Shown: positions 1 through 10,189 of the stretch, piece after piece
Numbering within the stretch: position 1 is the first letter of the stretch
Layout of the letters: the number at the start of each line of letters is the position of its first letter
Assembly: GCA_041640595.1 (NCBI GenBank)
Contig: JBEPZY010000003.1
Span: 444,342 to 508,341 of the forward strand
DNA length: 64,000 bases
Source: Gemmatales bacterium
Lineage (GTDB): Bacteria; Planctomycetota; Planctomycetia; Gemmatales; HRBIN36
Direction of reading: 5' to 3'
The notes under the pieces: model-generated
The model's database searches: none
Told to the model about the DNA's origin: nothing
Seen by the model: only the letters and a program-made list of their open reading frames with translations
Made by a program: the position numbers and the translations under genes

Positions 1-2
1 TC

Positions 3-857
3 GGTGCGGTGGTCTCCAAACTCCGCAGCGGTGCCGACAATGCCGTCCCACCGTTCGTCAGTCTCCGCGGCATGTCCCGTGGCACAGAACCGGGCTTCCT
101 GGGTATCGCACACCGACCATTCACGCCCAGTGGTCCCGGTTTGCAGAACCTGCGGCTGCCGGGCAACGTCTCGATGGAACGCTTCGAAGATCGCCGCGCT
201 CTGCTGACCAGCTTCGATAGCCTCCGCCGGGAAATTGACGCCAGCGGCACGGCGGAAGGGCTGGACGCCTTCACGCAGAAAGCGATTGACATGGTGCTGT
301 CCGGCAACGTTCGCCGTGCTCTCGACCTGAGCACCGCCGATGCCGCCACACGCGAACGCTATAAGGGGGTGGAGCAATTCCTGACAGCACTGCGGCTGAT
401 CGAAGTCGGCGTGGGCTGCGTGACTTTGAGCATCGGTGGCTGGGATACCCACAGCAACAACTTTACCACCCTCAAACGCCAGCTCCCGCAAGTGGACAAG
501 GGCGTGGCCAACCTGATTCAGGATTTGCACGAGCGCGGGCTGGACAAAGACGTGCTGGTGGTGATGTGGGGCGAATTCGGCCGAACGCCGAAAGTCAATA
601 ACAACGCTGGCCGCGATCACTGGGCACCGGTCATGTCCGCCCTGGTCGCCGGTGGTGGCATGAAGATGGGCCAGGTCATCGGCTCCAGCACGGAACGCGG
701 TGAACGACCGAAAGATCGTCCGTGCACCGTCTCCCAGGTTCTGGCGACGCTCTACACCGCGATGGGCATTGACCCGGCCATGACCTTCCTCAACGGGGCG
801 GGACGTCCTGTTCATCTGCTCGACGATCGCCAGGTGTTGACGGAACTGCTCGGCTAA
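3..857 (+). CDS. DUF1501 family protein, 5'-truncated by the window edge
   Basis: Motifs GGWDTH, GEFGRTP and GRDHW typical of planctomycete DUF1501; the frame is open from the window start. Confidence 0.85.
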   Translation, partial: GAVVSKLRSGADNAVPPFVSLRGMSRGTEPGFLGIAHRPFTPSGPGLQNLRLPGNVSMERFEDRRALLTSFDSLRREIDASGTAEGLDAFTQKAIDMVLSGNVRRALDLSTADAATRERYKGVEQFLTALRLIEVGVGCVTLSIGGWDTHSNNFTTLKRQLPQVDKGVANLIQDLHERGLDKDVLVVMWGEFGRTPKVNNNAGRDHWAPVMSALVAGGGMKMGQVIGSSTERGERPKDRPCTVSQVLATLYTAMGIDPAMTFLNGAGRPVHLLDDRQVLTELLG

Positions 858-893
858 TTTCCCGCATCACACCGACAAAACTTGCCATCCGGT

Positions 894-927
894 CCAGGCG
901 CGGGAGGCTTGATCCTCCCGCGTCTGG
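894..927 (+). other. Intergenic stem-loop (possible mRNA stabiliser or terminator)
   Basis: CCAGGCGCGGGAGG-cttgat-CCTCCCGCGTCTGG inverted repeat with no U-tract. Confidence 0.5.
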
Positions 928-1092
928 TGCTGATTACGGCTATTCCAACCAAACGAAGTTTGCCAACCGCTCACCGGGGACGAACGCAACGCTGCGAAAT
1001 CGTGCGGAACTATTACGGGCCGAAGACTCGCCCTTGCCATGAACCTGCCGGCTCTGGTTGAGCCATTTCAAACGATCGAGAGGAGAAACACC

Positions 1093-3621
1093 ATGTGCAA
1101 TATCAGGAGCATACTGGGTTTGGCCCTGGGCTTCTCGCTATATGGTTTGCTGCTGGGACTTCCTGCTGCGGCAGCGGATAGCATCACACCTGGCTATCGC
1201 CCGAAGCCCGAACAGATTAGCAGACTCGAAATCCATCCCCGGGAAGTTCGCCTGCGCGGCTGGCATGATGCCGCGCAACTGGTTGTAACGGCGACGCTGA
1301 CAGATAACCGGTTGCAGGATATGACGGGGGACGTAACCTACACGGTGAGCCAGCCGGACGTTGTCAAGGTTTCTCCCTCCGGCATGGTCACGCCGGTACG
1401 AGACGGAACGGTGGAAATCACCGCAAGTTTTGGCCCTCACCGAGCCACCATCCGCGCCACCGCCGAGAAGGTCAACGAAAATCTCCCGATCAACTTCGGC
1501 AATCAAATCGTGCCGATCTTTACCAAACTCGGCTGCAATTCCGGTGGATGCCACGGCAAAATCAGCGGACAAAACGGATTCCGGTTGTCGCTCATCGGTT
1601 CCGATCCCGAACTGGATTACATGACGCTGCTGAAAGAGAGCCGGGGTCGGCGTATTTTCCTGGCGGCGCCGGAGAAAAGTCTGCTCCTGCTCAAGGCCAC
1701 CGGACAATTGCCGCACGGTGGCGGCAAACGCATGGAGGTTGGCTCGGACGAATACCGCATGATCGTCCGCTGGATCGCTGCGGGAACGCCGTTCGGCGAC
1801 CCCAAAGACCCGGTCGTGGTGCGCATTTCCGTCCACCCGGAACACCGCATCACGACTCGCCATAACCGTCAGCAACTGGCTGTCTATGCTCATTACAGCG
1901 ATGGCAGCGTCGAGGATGTTACCCGTCGGGCTCAGTACGAAACCAACGACGTGGAAATGGCCAGCGTGGATTTCACCGGACTGGTGACCACGATGGGGCA
2001 GGCAGGTGAAGCGGCGATCATGATCCGCTATCAGGGCCATGTCGCCGTGTTCCGTGCCACCATACCGCTGGGTGTTCCGGTGCCGCCGTGGTCGTTTGAA
2101 CCGAAGACCATCGTGGATCGCTACACGGCAGCAAAATGGCGGCAACTGGGCCTGATGCCGTCGGAACCGGCCAGCGACGAAACATTTATCCGCCGCGCCT
2201 ATCTGGACATCACCGGCACCCTGCCATCGGTGGAAGAAGTGCGGGCGTTCGTCGCCGATCCCGATCCGAACAAACGCGACAAGCTCATTGACCGGCTGGT
2301 GGATAGCGAGAACTACGCCTACTACTTCGCGCTGAAATGGGCGGACATTCTCAAGGTGAAGCGGCGCAACAATCCGCAGCGTGCAGCAGGCACCTTCGCT
2401 TTCCATAGCTGGATCAAGGACTCGCTGGCCAGCGATAAGCCTTACGACCAGTTCGTGCGGGAGATTCTGTGTGCGGTGGGCGATGATCGGCAGTGCCCGC
2501 CGGTCTTCTGGTACACGGAGTTGCAAAATCCTGAGCAGTTCGTGGACGACGTGGCCCAGGTCTTCCTCGGCATGCGAATCAACTGCGCTCAGTGCCACCA
2601 TCACCCGTATGAAAAGTGGAGTCAGGACGATTACTGGGGACTGGCGGCCTTCTTTGGCCGGGTTGGTCGCAAACCGGTTTCTCTGCTCGGCGTGCAGGTG
2701 CAGAATCAGAACCAGACCCGCATCGCCGTCTTCAATCGCACAACCGGCAATGTCATCAACAAGCGCACCGGCCAGCCCGCAGTGATGAAACCGCTGGAAG
2801 GGGAGCCGGTTACCATCGCTCCTGGCGAAGACCCGCGGGTCAAGTTGGTCGAATGGATGACCGACCCGAAGAATCCATTTTTCGCCAAGGCGGTGGTGAA
2901 TCGCTACTGGGCTCACTTTTTCGGTCGCGGCATCGTGGATCCGCTCGACGATATGCGCGACACCAATCCGCCCACCAATCCGGAACTGCTCGACGCTCTG
3001 GCCAAAGATTTCATCGAGCACGGCTACAGTCTCAAACACCTGGTGCGCACCATCTGCAAGAGCCGCACCTATCAGCTCAGCTCCGTGCCCAACGAGTTCA
3101 ACAAGCACGACAAACAGTCCTACGCACGCTATTACCCGAAGCGGATGAGCGCGGAAGTGCTGTACGACGCCGTGTCGGTGGTAACCGGCAGCCCGCCGAG
3201 TTTTCCGGGAATGCCTGGCGACCGTTTCGGTGCCGCCCGCGCGATTATGCTGCCCGATGAGGCGTTCCAGAGCTATTTCCTGGACGTGTTCGGTCGGCCG
3301 CAGCGTCTGAGTGCCTGCGAATGCGAACGAGTCAACGAGGCCAACCTGGCGCAGGTGTTGCACCTGCTCAATTCCCAGGAGATTCAGGATAAGCTGAGCC
3401 GACCGGGTGGCCGCGCCGATCGCCTCGCCAGCGATCCCCGACCCGATGCCGAAAAGATCGAGGAACTCTTCCTGCTGGCCCTGGGCCGTCGGCCAACACC
3501 CCAGCAATTGCAGGTCGCGTTGCAGACGATCGAACGTCGTGGCCCACAGAATAAGAAACAGGCCTACGAAGACATCATCTGGGCGCTAATTAACACCAAG
3601 GAATTCCTGTTTATCCAGTGA
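1093..3621 (+). CDS. Secreted DUF1549/DUF1553 protein with Ig-like repeats
   Basis: RBS AGGAGA at 1081; signal peptide; CNSGGCH, CAQCHHHPY, FIRRAYLDITGTLP, NPPTNPELLD and C-terminal WALINTKEFLF motifs. Confidence 0.88.
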   Translation: MCNIRSILGLALGFSLYGLLLGLPAAAADSITPGYRPKPEQISRLEIHPREVRLRGWHDAAQLVVTATLTDNRLQDMTGDVTYTVSQPDVVKVSPSGMVTPVRDGTVEITASFGPHRATIRATAEKVNENLPINFGNQIVPIFTKLGCNSGGCHGKISGQNGFRLSLIGSDPELDYMTLLKESRGRRIFLAAPEKSLLLLKATGQLPHGGGKRMEVGSDEYRMIVRWIAAGTPFGDPKDPVVVRISVHPEHRITTRHNRQQLAVYAHYSDGSVEDVTRRAQYETNDVEMASVDFTGLVTTMGQAGEAAIMIRYQGHVAVFRATIPLGVPVPPWSFEPKTIVDRYTAAKWRQLGLMPSEPASDETFIRRAYLDITGTLPSVEEVRAFVADPDPNKRDKLIDRLVDSENYAYYFALKWADILKVKRRNNPQRAAGTFAFHSWIKDSLASDKPYDQFVREILCAVGDDRQCPPVFWYTELQNPEQFVDDVAQVFLGMRINCAQCHHHPYEKWSQDDYWGLAAFFGRVGRKPVSLLGVQVQNQNQTRIAVFNRTTGNVINKRTGQPAVMKPLEGEPVTIAPGEDPRVKLVEWMTDPKNPFFAKAVVNRYWAHFFGRGIVDPLDDMRDTNPPTNPELLDALAKDFIEHGYSLKHLVRTICKSRTYQLSSVPNEFNKHDKQSYARYYPKRMSAEVLYDAVSVVTGSPPSFPGMPGDRFGAARAIMLPDEAFQSYFLDVFGRPQRLSACECERVNEANLAQVLHLLNSQEIQDKLSRPGGRADRLASDPRPDAEKIEELFLLALGRRPTPQQLQVALQTIERRGPQNKKQAYEDIIWALINTKEFLFIQ

Positions 3622-3644
3622 CACCGTGATAGCACAGCTTATTT

Positions 3645-3686
3645 GCCGCCGGGTTCGCGCACTGGCGTGAGCCCGGCGGTTTTGTT
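3645..3686 (+). terminator. Intrinsic terminator
   Basis: 16-bp stem GCCGCCGGGTTCGCGC-actg-GCGTGAGCCCGGCGGT followed by TTTGTT. Confidence 0.7.
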
Positions 3687-3711
3687 ATGATGGATACACG
3701 CTGCCGGGACG

Positions 3712-6534
3712 ATGGATCGAGGCACCATGAAGCAAAGCACATTGACCCGAGCACGTTGGGCTTTTGCCCTGGTTTTGCTCTTGCTGTCGGGCCGGCCCGC
3801 AGGGGCTTTTATCGAACGCTTGACGCCCCTGGGCGATCTGCTGGAAGACTCGGATTACATCTTCCTTGCTCGAACGGAGTCGGTGAGTGCTGAGAAAAGT
3901 CTGGCCGTCTTTCAGGCGGTCGAGGACTTGAAAGGGCGCACGCCGTGGCGAACGTTGCGGGTGCATTTGACCGGCGACAAGGAAAAACACGTTCCGCATT
4001 TGCTCAAACGCATCGCTCCGCAGGTGCCGGTGGTTTTTTTTCTGACACGAGTGGACAAGCAATGGCTGGGCCTGGGTTACACCGAGGGAACCTGGTTCCA
4101 GATTATCGGCCGACCGGCAAGCGAGACCGTGCACTGGCACTTTACCCACTGCGAGATTTACCTGCGGCGCACCTTCAAGGGCAGCACCAGCGAACTGGTG
4201 CAGATTATCCGCGAAGTGCTGGCGGGCAAACGCAAACCACCGCCACCTAACCCGAAAGAGCCGCCCGGTTTCGGCCCGGAATTGCCGCCGAATAAACCCA
4301 GTGCGGAACACGGCAGGCGGAACTCGTCGGCCTCAGTCGTGCGCGGCGGGGTAATGCACGCCGCCGTTGATGGCGTGAGCCACGATAGGCTGACGCATGC
4401 CGATCCTGATTGCAGGAGCCACGGCGGGCTAACACATGGCGATCCTGATTGCGTGAATCACGGCGGGATGACGCATGCCGATCCTGATTGCAGGAGCCAC
4501 GGCGGGCTGACGCCCGCCGCTCTCGATTGTGGGCACCACGGTGGGCTGACGCCCGCCGCTCTTGATTATGTGAATCACGGTGGGCTGACGCCCGCCGGTC
4601 TTAGCTCGCGTGCGGACACCGTAGGGAAGGGCGATAATGCCCACGCTTATGGTGGGCGACATCCCCTGGCGGTCATTTTGTTACCGCCGCTGGCTGGATT
4701 ACTGGCCCCGCTGGTGTCGCTGTTATTTCCCGGCGTGTTGCTGGCCGTCTGGAGACAGTATCGGTTGCTGGTTTACGTTCTGCTGGTGCAATCCACGCTG
4801 GTTCTGACACAGACGCTGCTGGGCTGGTGGTATCCGTCGGCGTGGTGGCTGGCGCCGCGGTACTGGTGGTGGCCGACGGTGATTCTCTTCGCGGTGGGTT
4901 TTCTGCTCGGTACGATTTCCGCTCGTCGGTACCATGACGGTCGCGCATCTGCCACCGATGCGAGCGGTTCGGTGATGAGCAGCGGCGTGCAGCGTCCGGT
5001 GCGCCTGGAGTGGTGGGCGTTGGCCACGCTGTTGCTGGTCGGGATCGGCTGGGGCGTGTGGGCCTGGCAACGATACGGCTCTGCCTGGGATCAAATGACG
5101 CCGCTGACCGTGGGCAGTGCGGTGGGCCTGCTGCATCTGGCTGCACGCAGGACTCTTAGCTCGAACTTCCCTATCACGCACTGGCGAACCGGACAGGTCA
5201 TCCTTGGGGCGATGCTGCTGTGTGGCCTGGGATTAGTCTGGCTGGAAGAGCGGGAACGCCAAGCTCCTACCCCCGCAGTGCCGACTCAGGTTCCCGCAGC
5301 GGAAGATTGGTTGCAGTATCGTGGCGGGCCGTACCGAACTGGTCGGGTAAGCGATTCGCCCGCACCACAGCGGCCGAAAGTATTGTGGCGTTGCAATCTC
5401 GGCTTCGGACGGGGACGATTTTACGTCCATAGCACGCCCACAGTGCTCGGCGATTGCGCCTATTGCGGAGTGTTGCACGAAATCCAGGGGCAAACCCGCG
5501 GCTACCTGGTGTGTGTCAATATCGCCCCACGCTTGTCCGACACGGGAGAAACTTTGCCGCCCGGCACTGTGCTCTGGCGGTTTGATGCCGAAGGCACGCT
5601 GAAACCGATTTTCGCTTCGGCTACGGTGCGGGCTGGTCGGCTGTATATCGGCGAAGGCTACCATCAGGATCGCGATTGCCGGCTCCTGTGTTTGGAAGCC
5701 GGGAGTGGACGGCTACTGTGGCAATACCCGACACGCAGTCACGTCGAGTCCACACCCGCGCTGGTGGAAACCGGCCAGCATGGTGACGGAGCAAATCCGA
5801 CCGTGGTTGTCGGGGCGGGCGAAGACGGACTGCTGGCCGTGAGCGAAAATCTTTCCGCGAGCGATGTCACAGTCGCCTGGAAAATACCGCACTGGCATGT
5901 GGACGGCAGCCCTCTGGTCGTGGATGGGACGGTGTATTGCGGTTCTCTCCTGGGCGACTCGCCGACAACCCAGACGCCCTTTGTCGGTGCGTTTCAGCTG
6001 AGCGATGGACGAACACTCTGGCGAATCGAGACTCCCCTGCCTGTCAGCGCGTCGCTGGTCTGGGCCGAGGGCAAAATTCTGGTGCCGCTGGGTACGGGCA
6101 AGATCAACGTCGAGTCGGCAACAGAACGGGGCGGCCTTTTGGCTCTCGATGCCGCTACCGGCCGGAGACTCTGGTACTTTCAACAATGCGGCCCGGTGTT
6201 CAGCACGCCAGCGGTGCAGGGGGGCAAAGCGTATTTCGGCTCCAAAGACGGCTGGCTGTTCTGCCTCGATGCTGAGACTGGACAAATTGTCTGGCGGCAA
6301 CAACTCGACGCCGCCGTGATTGCATGCCCCGCCCTGGCTGCGGACGCTGTCGTTGCCGTCTCCGTTCGCGGTACCGTCTATTCGTTCGACGCTGCTACGG
6401 GTCAGTTGCGCTGGCGACTCGACGACCTGGTCTCGGACGCACCTCTTGCGGATGTTTATTCCAGCCCCGTGCTCCATCGCGGACGCATTTATCTCGGCGT
6501 TGGCCGTAAGCTGGTCTGTATCGGCGAAGAATAA
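3712..6534 (+). CDS. Membrane protein with an N-terminal exported domain, several TM helices and a C-terminal PQQ-like beta-propeller; carries an in-frame REP-derived repeat insert
   Basis: 940-aa ORF; signal peptide; hydrophobic block; DWLQYRGG and repeated LDAxTGxxxW propeller motifs. Confidence 0.8.
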   Translation: MDRGTMKQSTLTRARWAFALVLLLLSGRPAGAFIERLTPLGDLLEDSDYIFLARTESVSAEKSLAVFQAVEDLKGRTPWRTLRVHLTGDKEKHVPHLLKRIAPQVPVVFFLTRVDKQWLGLGYTEGTWFQIIGRPASETVHWHFTHCEIYLRRTFKGSTSELVQIIREVLAGKRKPPPPNPKEPPGFGPELPPNKPSAEHGRRNSSASVVRGGVMHAAVDGVSHDRLTHADPDCRSHGGLTHGDPDCVNHGGMTHADPDCRSHGGLTPAALDCGHHGGLTPAALDYVNHGGLTPAGLSSRADTVGKGDNAHAYGGRHPLAVILLPPLAGLLAPLVSLLFPGVLLAVWRQYRLLVYVLLVQSTLVLTQTLLGWWYPSAWWLAPRYWWWPTVILFAVGFLLGTISARRYHDGRASATDASGSVMSSGVQRPVRLEWWALATLLLVGIGWGVWAWQRYGSAWDQMTPLTVGSAVGLLHLAARRTLSSNFPITHWRTGQVILGAMLLCGLGLVWLEERERQAPTPAVPTQVPAAEDWLQYRGGPYRTGRVSDSPAPQRPKVLWRCNLGFGRGRFYVHSTPTVLGDCAYCGVLHEIQGQTRGYLVCVNIAPRLSDTGETLPPGTVLWRFDAEGTLKPIFASATVRAGRLYIGEGYHQDRDCRLLCLEAGSGRLLWQYPTRSHVESTPALVETGQHGDGANPTVVVGAGEDGLLAVSENLSASDVTVAWKIPHWHVDGSPLVVDGTVYCGSLLGDSPTTQTPFVGAFQLSDGRTLWRIETPLPVSASLVWAEGKILVPLGTGKINVESATERGGLLALDAATGRRLWYFQQCGPVFSTPAVQGGKAYFGSKDGWLFCLDAETGQIVWRQQLDAAVIACPALAADAVVAVSVRGTVYSFDAATGQLRWRLDDLVSDAPLADVYSSPVLHRGRIYLGVGRKLVCIGEE
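4342..4605 (+). repeat. About seven 39-bp tandem units derived from the REP-like palindrome, in-frame (HGGLTPAALDxxx)
   Basis: Units start at 4342, 4381, 4420, 4459, 4498, 4537 and 4576; the last three match CACGGCGGGCTGACGCCCGCCGCTCTTG, the reverse complement of the intergenic REP. Confidence 0.9.
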
Positions 6535-6575
6535 AGCAGACGTATTTCCCGCCGGAATCACGCATCGAGCATGGC

Positions 6576-9395
6576 ATGGCCGGAGCAATGACCGAAGACC
6601 TGCTGGTCTTTGCCGGAGAATCGCTGGCTGATGTCGAATTGGTCGGCGGTAAAGGGGCCAGCTTACTCGAGCTGGCCAGGGCTGGCTTTCCGGTACCGCC
6701 ATTTTTTGTGCTGACCACGAATGCCTGGCGGCAAGCGTGGGCGCTCGAAACTGCTTCGGAAAATACGGCACGCTGGTCCGGCTCGGCTACCGCAGAAACT
6801 CAGCCGCAGGATTTACCCCCGGCTTTACGTGCATTGGTGGCATCGGCGTATGGGCGATTGGGCGGCGGAGCGGTAGCAGTACGGTCGTCGGCGGTGGCGG
6901 AAGATAGCCACGACGCCAGTTTTGCCGGACAGCAGGAAACGATCCTCGGCGTCGAAGGGCTGGAGGCCTTAGTCCAGGCGATTTTGCGTTGCTGGGCGTC
7001 CGCGGCATCGGAGCGTGCTCAGGTTTACCGGTCGGTTCGCCTGACCGAGCCAGGCAGCGTAAACCACCCGGCAGTATCCAGCATCAAGGCATCGCAGAGT
7101 GATCCGGCTGTGCCTGGCTGCGATTCACCGGCTGTGCGTAACTGCGATGTGCTGGCCTCGTCTTTGCCGCCTGGTCATTGGCCCATGGCCGTGGTTGTTC
7201 AGCAGCTCATCGAAGCGGAAGTGGCCGGTGTTCTGTTTACCCGCGATCCGACGGACACCACGGGCGAGCATGTGCTCATCGAAGCTGCCTGGGGTCTCGG
7301 TGAGGGTGTGGTCAGCGGTAAGGTTATGCCCGATCGCTACCGTGTGCGTCGGCAGGATGGTGAGGTAGTGGAGCAGCAAATCGCCGACAAATCCTGCTGT
7401 GTTCGGCGAAACGGTCTGGAAACCGTCCCCGAATCACTGCGGTCACAACCCTGCCTGACTCCCGAACAATTGTCGGAGCTGACACGGCTGGCGTTGCAAG
7501 TGGAACAGTATTACGGCGAGCCCCGCGACATAGAGTGGGCCTTGGCTGCCGGCAGGTTCTGGTTACTGCAAGCCCGCCCCATTACCACTGTTTCCGCGTG
7601 GGAGCGGGAGAGTTACCGCCGGGCGGAAATAACGCGGTTGCGGCAACTGGCCGAGCCTCGCGGTACCGTGTGGGCTCGCTACAATCTGGCCGAATCGCTC
7701 ACCGTTCCCACGCCGATGACCTGGGCGGTGCTGCAGCGGTTTATGAGTGGGCGTGGCGGTTATGGCCAGTTACTGCGCGACGTCGGTTTCGATCCCGATC
7801 CTCGGCTGGATGAGCTGGGCTTTCTCGACCTGGTGGCTGGTCGGCCCTACGTGAACCTCAGTCGGGAGCCCTGGTGTTACTTCCGCCATTTTCCTTTCTG
7901 GTATCCGTTTGCGAGTCTGAAAGCGGAGCCGACGCGGGCACTGTATCCGCGTCCCCAACCCGACTGGTCGCGGCTGGGCTGGCGCTTCTGGCTTTATTTG
8001 CCGTGGACTTTCTGGAAGATGCTGCGGCAAACGCTACGGCTGCACCGTCTGGCCGGTGAGTTGCCGGAGTTGCTGCGACGGGAAATCTATCCGGAGTTTG
8101 CTCGTGCCGCCGAATCGGCTCGCCGCGAATCTCTGCGTGGTTTGTCCGATCGGGCGGTGTGGGAGCGGTTTCGCCACTGGGAAAATGCCACGCTGATCGG
8201 CTTCGCCCGGCAGGCCTTACAACCGACCGTGGTTCTCGGCCAGTTACTCGGTTCGCTGGAACAGATGCTCCGCAAAACGCTCCCCGCCCCGGAAGCCGCC
8301 AACGCGGTACGACAGTTGCTCGTCGGCGTTCGACCCGATGCAGAAGCGGATGTGGCCAGCGGGCTGGAAAAACTCAGGCAAGGAAAGTGGTCGCTGACGG
8401 AATTTGTCCAGCGGTTCGGTCATCGCGGCGAATTGGAGATGGAATTGGCCCAACCACGATGGGAAGAAACTCCCCACACCCTGCTCGCTCGTCTCCAGCC
8501 TGGCGATTCACTTTCCGCAAACGACCAAACCTTCCCGGTGCCCCCCGTTGCCTCAGACACCGCTGGACAACAAAAAGAACTGGCGAATTTCTGCTCCGAC
8601 AATCAGGCCCAGTTCGAACGCAGCTGGCAGAGGCTGGCGGAAAAATTGCGGCAATCAGCTGCCGATCTCGACACGCTCCGACAACTGGTGGAACGTGTCC
8701 GCGAGTTTGCGGCCCTGCGCGAAACCAGCCGGCATTATCTGCTTCTGGGTTACAGTATCCTGCGGCAATGCCTGGTGGAATTGGGACGCCGCTGGCATCT
8801 TGGCGACGGTATCTTCTATCTGACGCCCGAGGAAATCGAACGCCTGATCGGTTTGCCTGTCCGCTCAGCGGACCCCGCTGCGGTGATACCGCAAAATAGT
8901 TTCGCGGTAGGCGACCAGCATATTTCAGCCGCCGATCCGTCCTGGCACCAGGTGCGTCAGGCGATCCGGCAACGCCGACGGGAGCGGCAAATTGCCCTGA
9001 CCCTGGAGGTGCCGACCGTTCTTTTCAGCGATGATCTCGAAGCCCTGGGCCGACCGATTCAGGTCAGCGGAGCGGATACCGTTCAGGGCATCGCCGTTTC
9101 GCCCGGCGTGGGAGAAGGCCCGGCTCTGGTGTTGCGGGAACCGCGTTCGTCTGGCACACAGCAGGGCTACGTCCTGGTGTGCCCATCTACCGATCCGGCG
9201 TGGGTGCCGCTCTTCCTCCAGGCCAGCGCTTTGGTCATGGAAACCGGCGGAGTGCTCTCGCACGGTGCCATTGTCGCCCGCGAGTTCGGGTTGCCCGCCG
9301 TGGTCGGCATTCCGGACGCCTGTCAACGCTTTCGCACCGGTCAACGGCTCCGCGTCAACGGCAACACCGGCGAAGTGCAGCTGCTCGAGGGCTGA
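6576..9395 (+). CDS. PEP-synthase/rifampin-phosphotransferase-architecture enzyme (ATP-grasp, central domain, His swivel)
   Basis: VGGKGASL, AVRSSAVAED, SFAGQQET, GLGEGVVSG, DIEWA, LLQARPIT and C-terminal SHGAIVAREFGLPAVVG. Confidence 0.85.
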   Translation: MAGAMTEDLLVFAGESLADVELVGGKGASLLELARAGFPVPPFFVLTTNAWRQAWALETASENTARWSGSATAETQPQDLPPALRALVASAYGRLGGGAVAVRSSAVAEDSHDASFAGQQETILGVEGLEALVQAILRCWASAASERAQVYRSVRLTEPGSVNHPAVSSIKASQSDPAVPGCDSPAVRNCDVLASSLPPGHWPMAVVVQQLIEAEVAGVLFTRDPTDTTGEHVLIEAAWGLGEGVVSGKVMPDRYRVRRQDGEVVEQQIADKSCCVRRNGLETVPESLRSQPCLTPEQLSELTRLALQVEQYYGEPRDIEWALAAGRFWLLQARPITTVSAWERESYRRAEITRLRQLAEPRGTVWARYNLAESLTVPTPMTWAVLQRFMSGRGGYGQLLRDVGFDPDPRLDELGFLDLVAGRPYVNLSREPWCYFRHFPFWYPFASLKAEPTRALYPRPQPDWSRLGWRFWLYLPWTFWKMLRQTLRLHRLAGELPELLRREIYPEFARAAESARRESLRGLSDRAVWERFRHWENATLIGFARQALQPTVVLGQLLGSLEQMLRKTLPAPEAANAVRQLLVGVRPDAEADVASGLEKLRQGKWSLTEFVQRFGHRGELEMELAQPRWEETPHTLLARLQPGDSLSANDQTFPVPPVASDTAGQQKELANFCSDNQAQFERSWQRLAEKLRQSAADLDTLRQLVERVREFAALRETSRHYLLLGYSILRQCLVELGRRWHLGDGIFYLTPEEIERLIGLPVRSADPAAVIPQNSFAVGDQHISAADPSWHQVRQAIRQRRRERQIALTLEVPTVLFSDDLEALGRPIQVSGADTVQGIAVSPGVGEGPALVLREPRSSGTQQGYVLVCPSTDPAWVPLFLQASALVMETGGVLSHGAIVAREFGLPAVVGIPDACQRFRTGQRLRVNGNTGEVQLLEG

Positions 9396-9694
9396 TCCTC
9401 GCCAGGACTCAGCGCTTTCGATAAATCTCACGCCCTTCAGGAAATTCCGTTGCCATCCGACCGCTGTTCGGCAGCAAAATGGGTTACCGCTTCAGCTGAC
9501 ACAAACTGCAGTAACGCTCGAATCAACTCGTTTCCGCGAGCTGAGAGCTGGTCTGGATGCAGCCAGGTTTCCTGGCTTGCGCAGTCTCCGAATGGGGCTG
9601 GCCTCGCCACTTTCCATTATCAGCAAACCTTGTGAAAGCGAAGCCGCACTATTAGCGAATTTGAAGTCGAGTTCGCTGCCGCTGGGTGAAACCT

Positions 9695-9703
9695 TGCTAG
9701 AAT
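9695..9703 (+). promoter_or_regulatory. Possible extended -10 promoter
   Basis: TGcTAGAAT about 55 bp upstream of the 9759 ORF, whose RBS is GGAGG. Confidence 0.35.
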
Positions 9704-9758
9704 AAAATCGGTCAAGCGTCGCCGGGCCGAACCAGATTCGCTACTGGGAGGATGGAAG

Positions 9759-10187
9759 ATGATTCCTGCACGTTCCGGCCCACTGGAAACCGCGTATCGT
9801 CGGTTACGACAGGATGCCGAGACGCTCGAGCAACTGCTGGCCCAGCCTCCCAACCAGCAAAGTGCCGAAGAACTCAAACGGAAGTTGCACGCCCTGCACC
9901 GCGATGTTTGCAACTATTATCGCCGGGTCGAGCCACAGAGCTTCGTTCAGGAAATCACCGACCGCGCTCCGTATCTGCGGCGGGAACTGGAACAATGGCA
10001 ACGCCAGCATCAGCTTCTGATGCAGGAACTGGAACGCACCTGCCGGCAAATTCGCCGACAGCGAAACCACCTCGCGGACAACAAGTCTCGCCTGCAGCAA
10101 TTGCTCCGCGCCATTCTGCAACACGAAGCGGAACGCGACCAGCTGGTGTATCGGTCGTTTTATCCCGAACCTGCTGCCCTGGATTGA
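9759..10187 (+). CDS. Small helical hemerythrin-like (HHE) domain protein
   Basis: Helical pattern with LH, QH and HEAERDQL motifs; good RBS. Confidence 0.5.
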   Translation: MIPARSGPLETAYRRLRQDAETLEQLLAQPPNQQSAEELKRKLHALHRDVCNYYRRVEPQSFVQEITDRAPYLRRELEQWQRQHQLLMQELERTCRQIRRQRNHLADNKSRLQQLLRAILQHEAERDQLVYRSFYPEPAALD

Positions 10188-10189
10188 CA

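Noticed and set aside
1138..3507. 789-aa antisense ORF (likewise 12354-13736, 26154-27290, 33293-34510, 45442-47157 and 61109-62272)
   Set aside because: Shadow frames opposite well-supported genes, expected in GC-rich DNA
6576..9395. Calling this gene ppsA or a rifampicin-resistance gene
   Set aside because: It lacks the PpsA C-terminal barrel, and architecture alone does not establish the substrate
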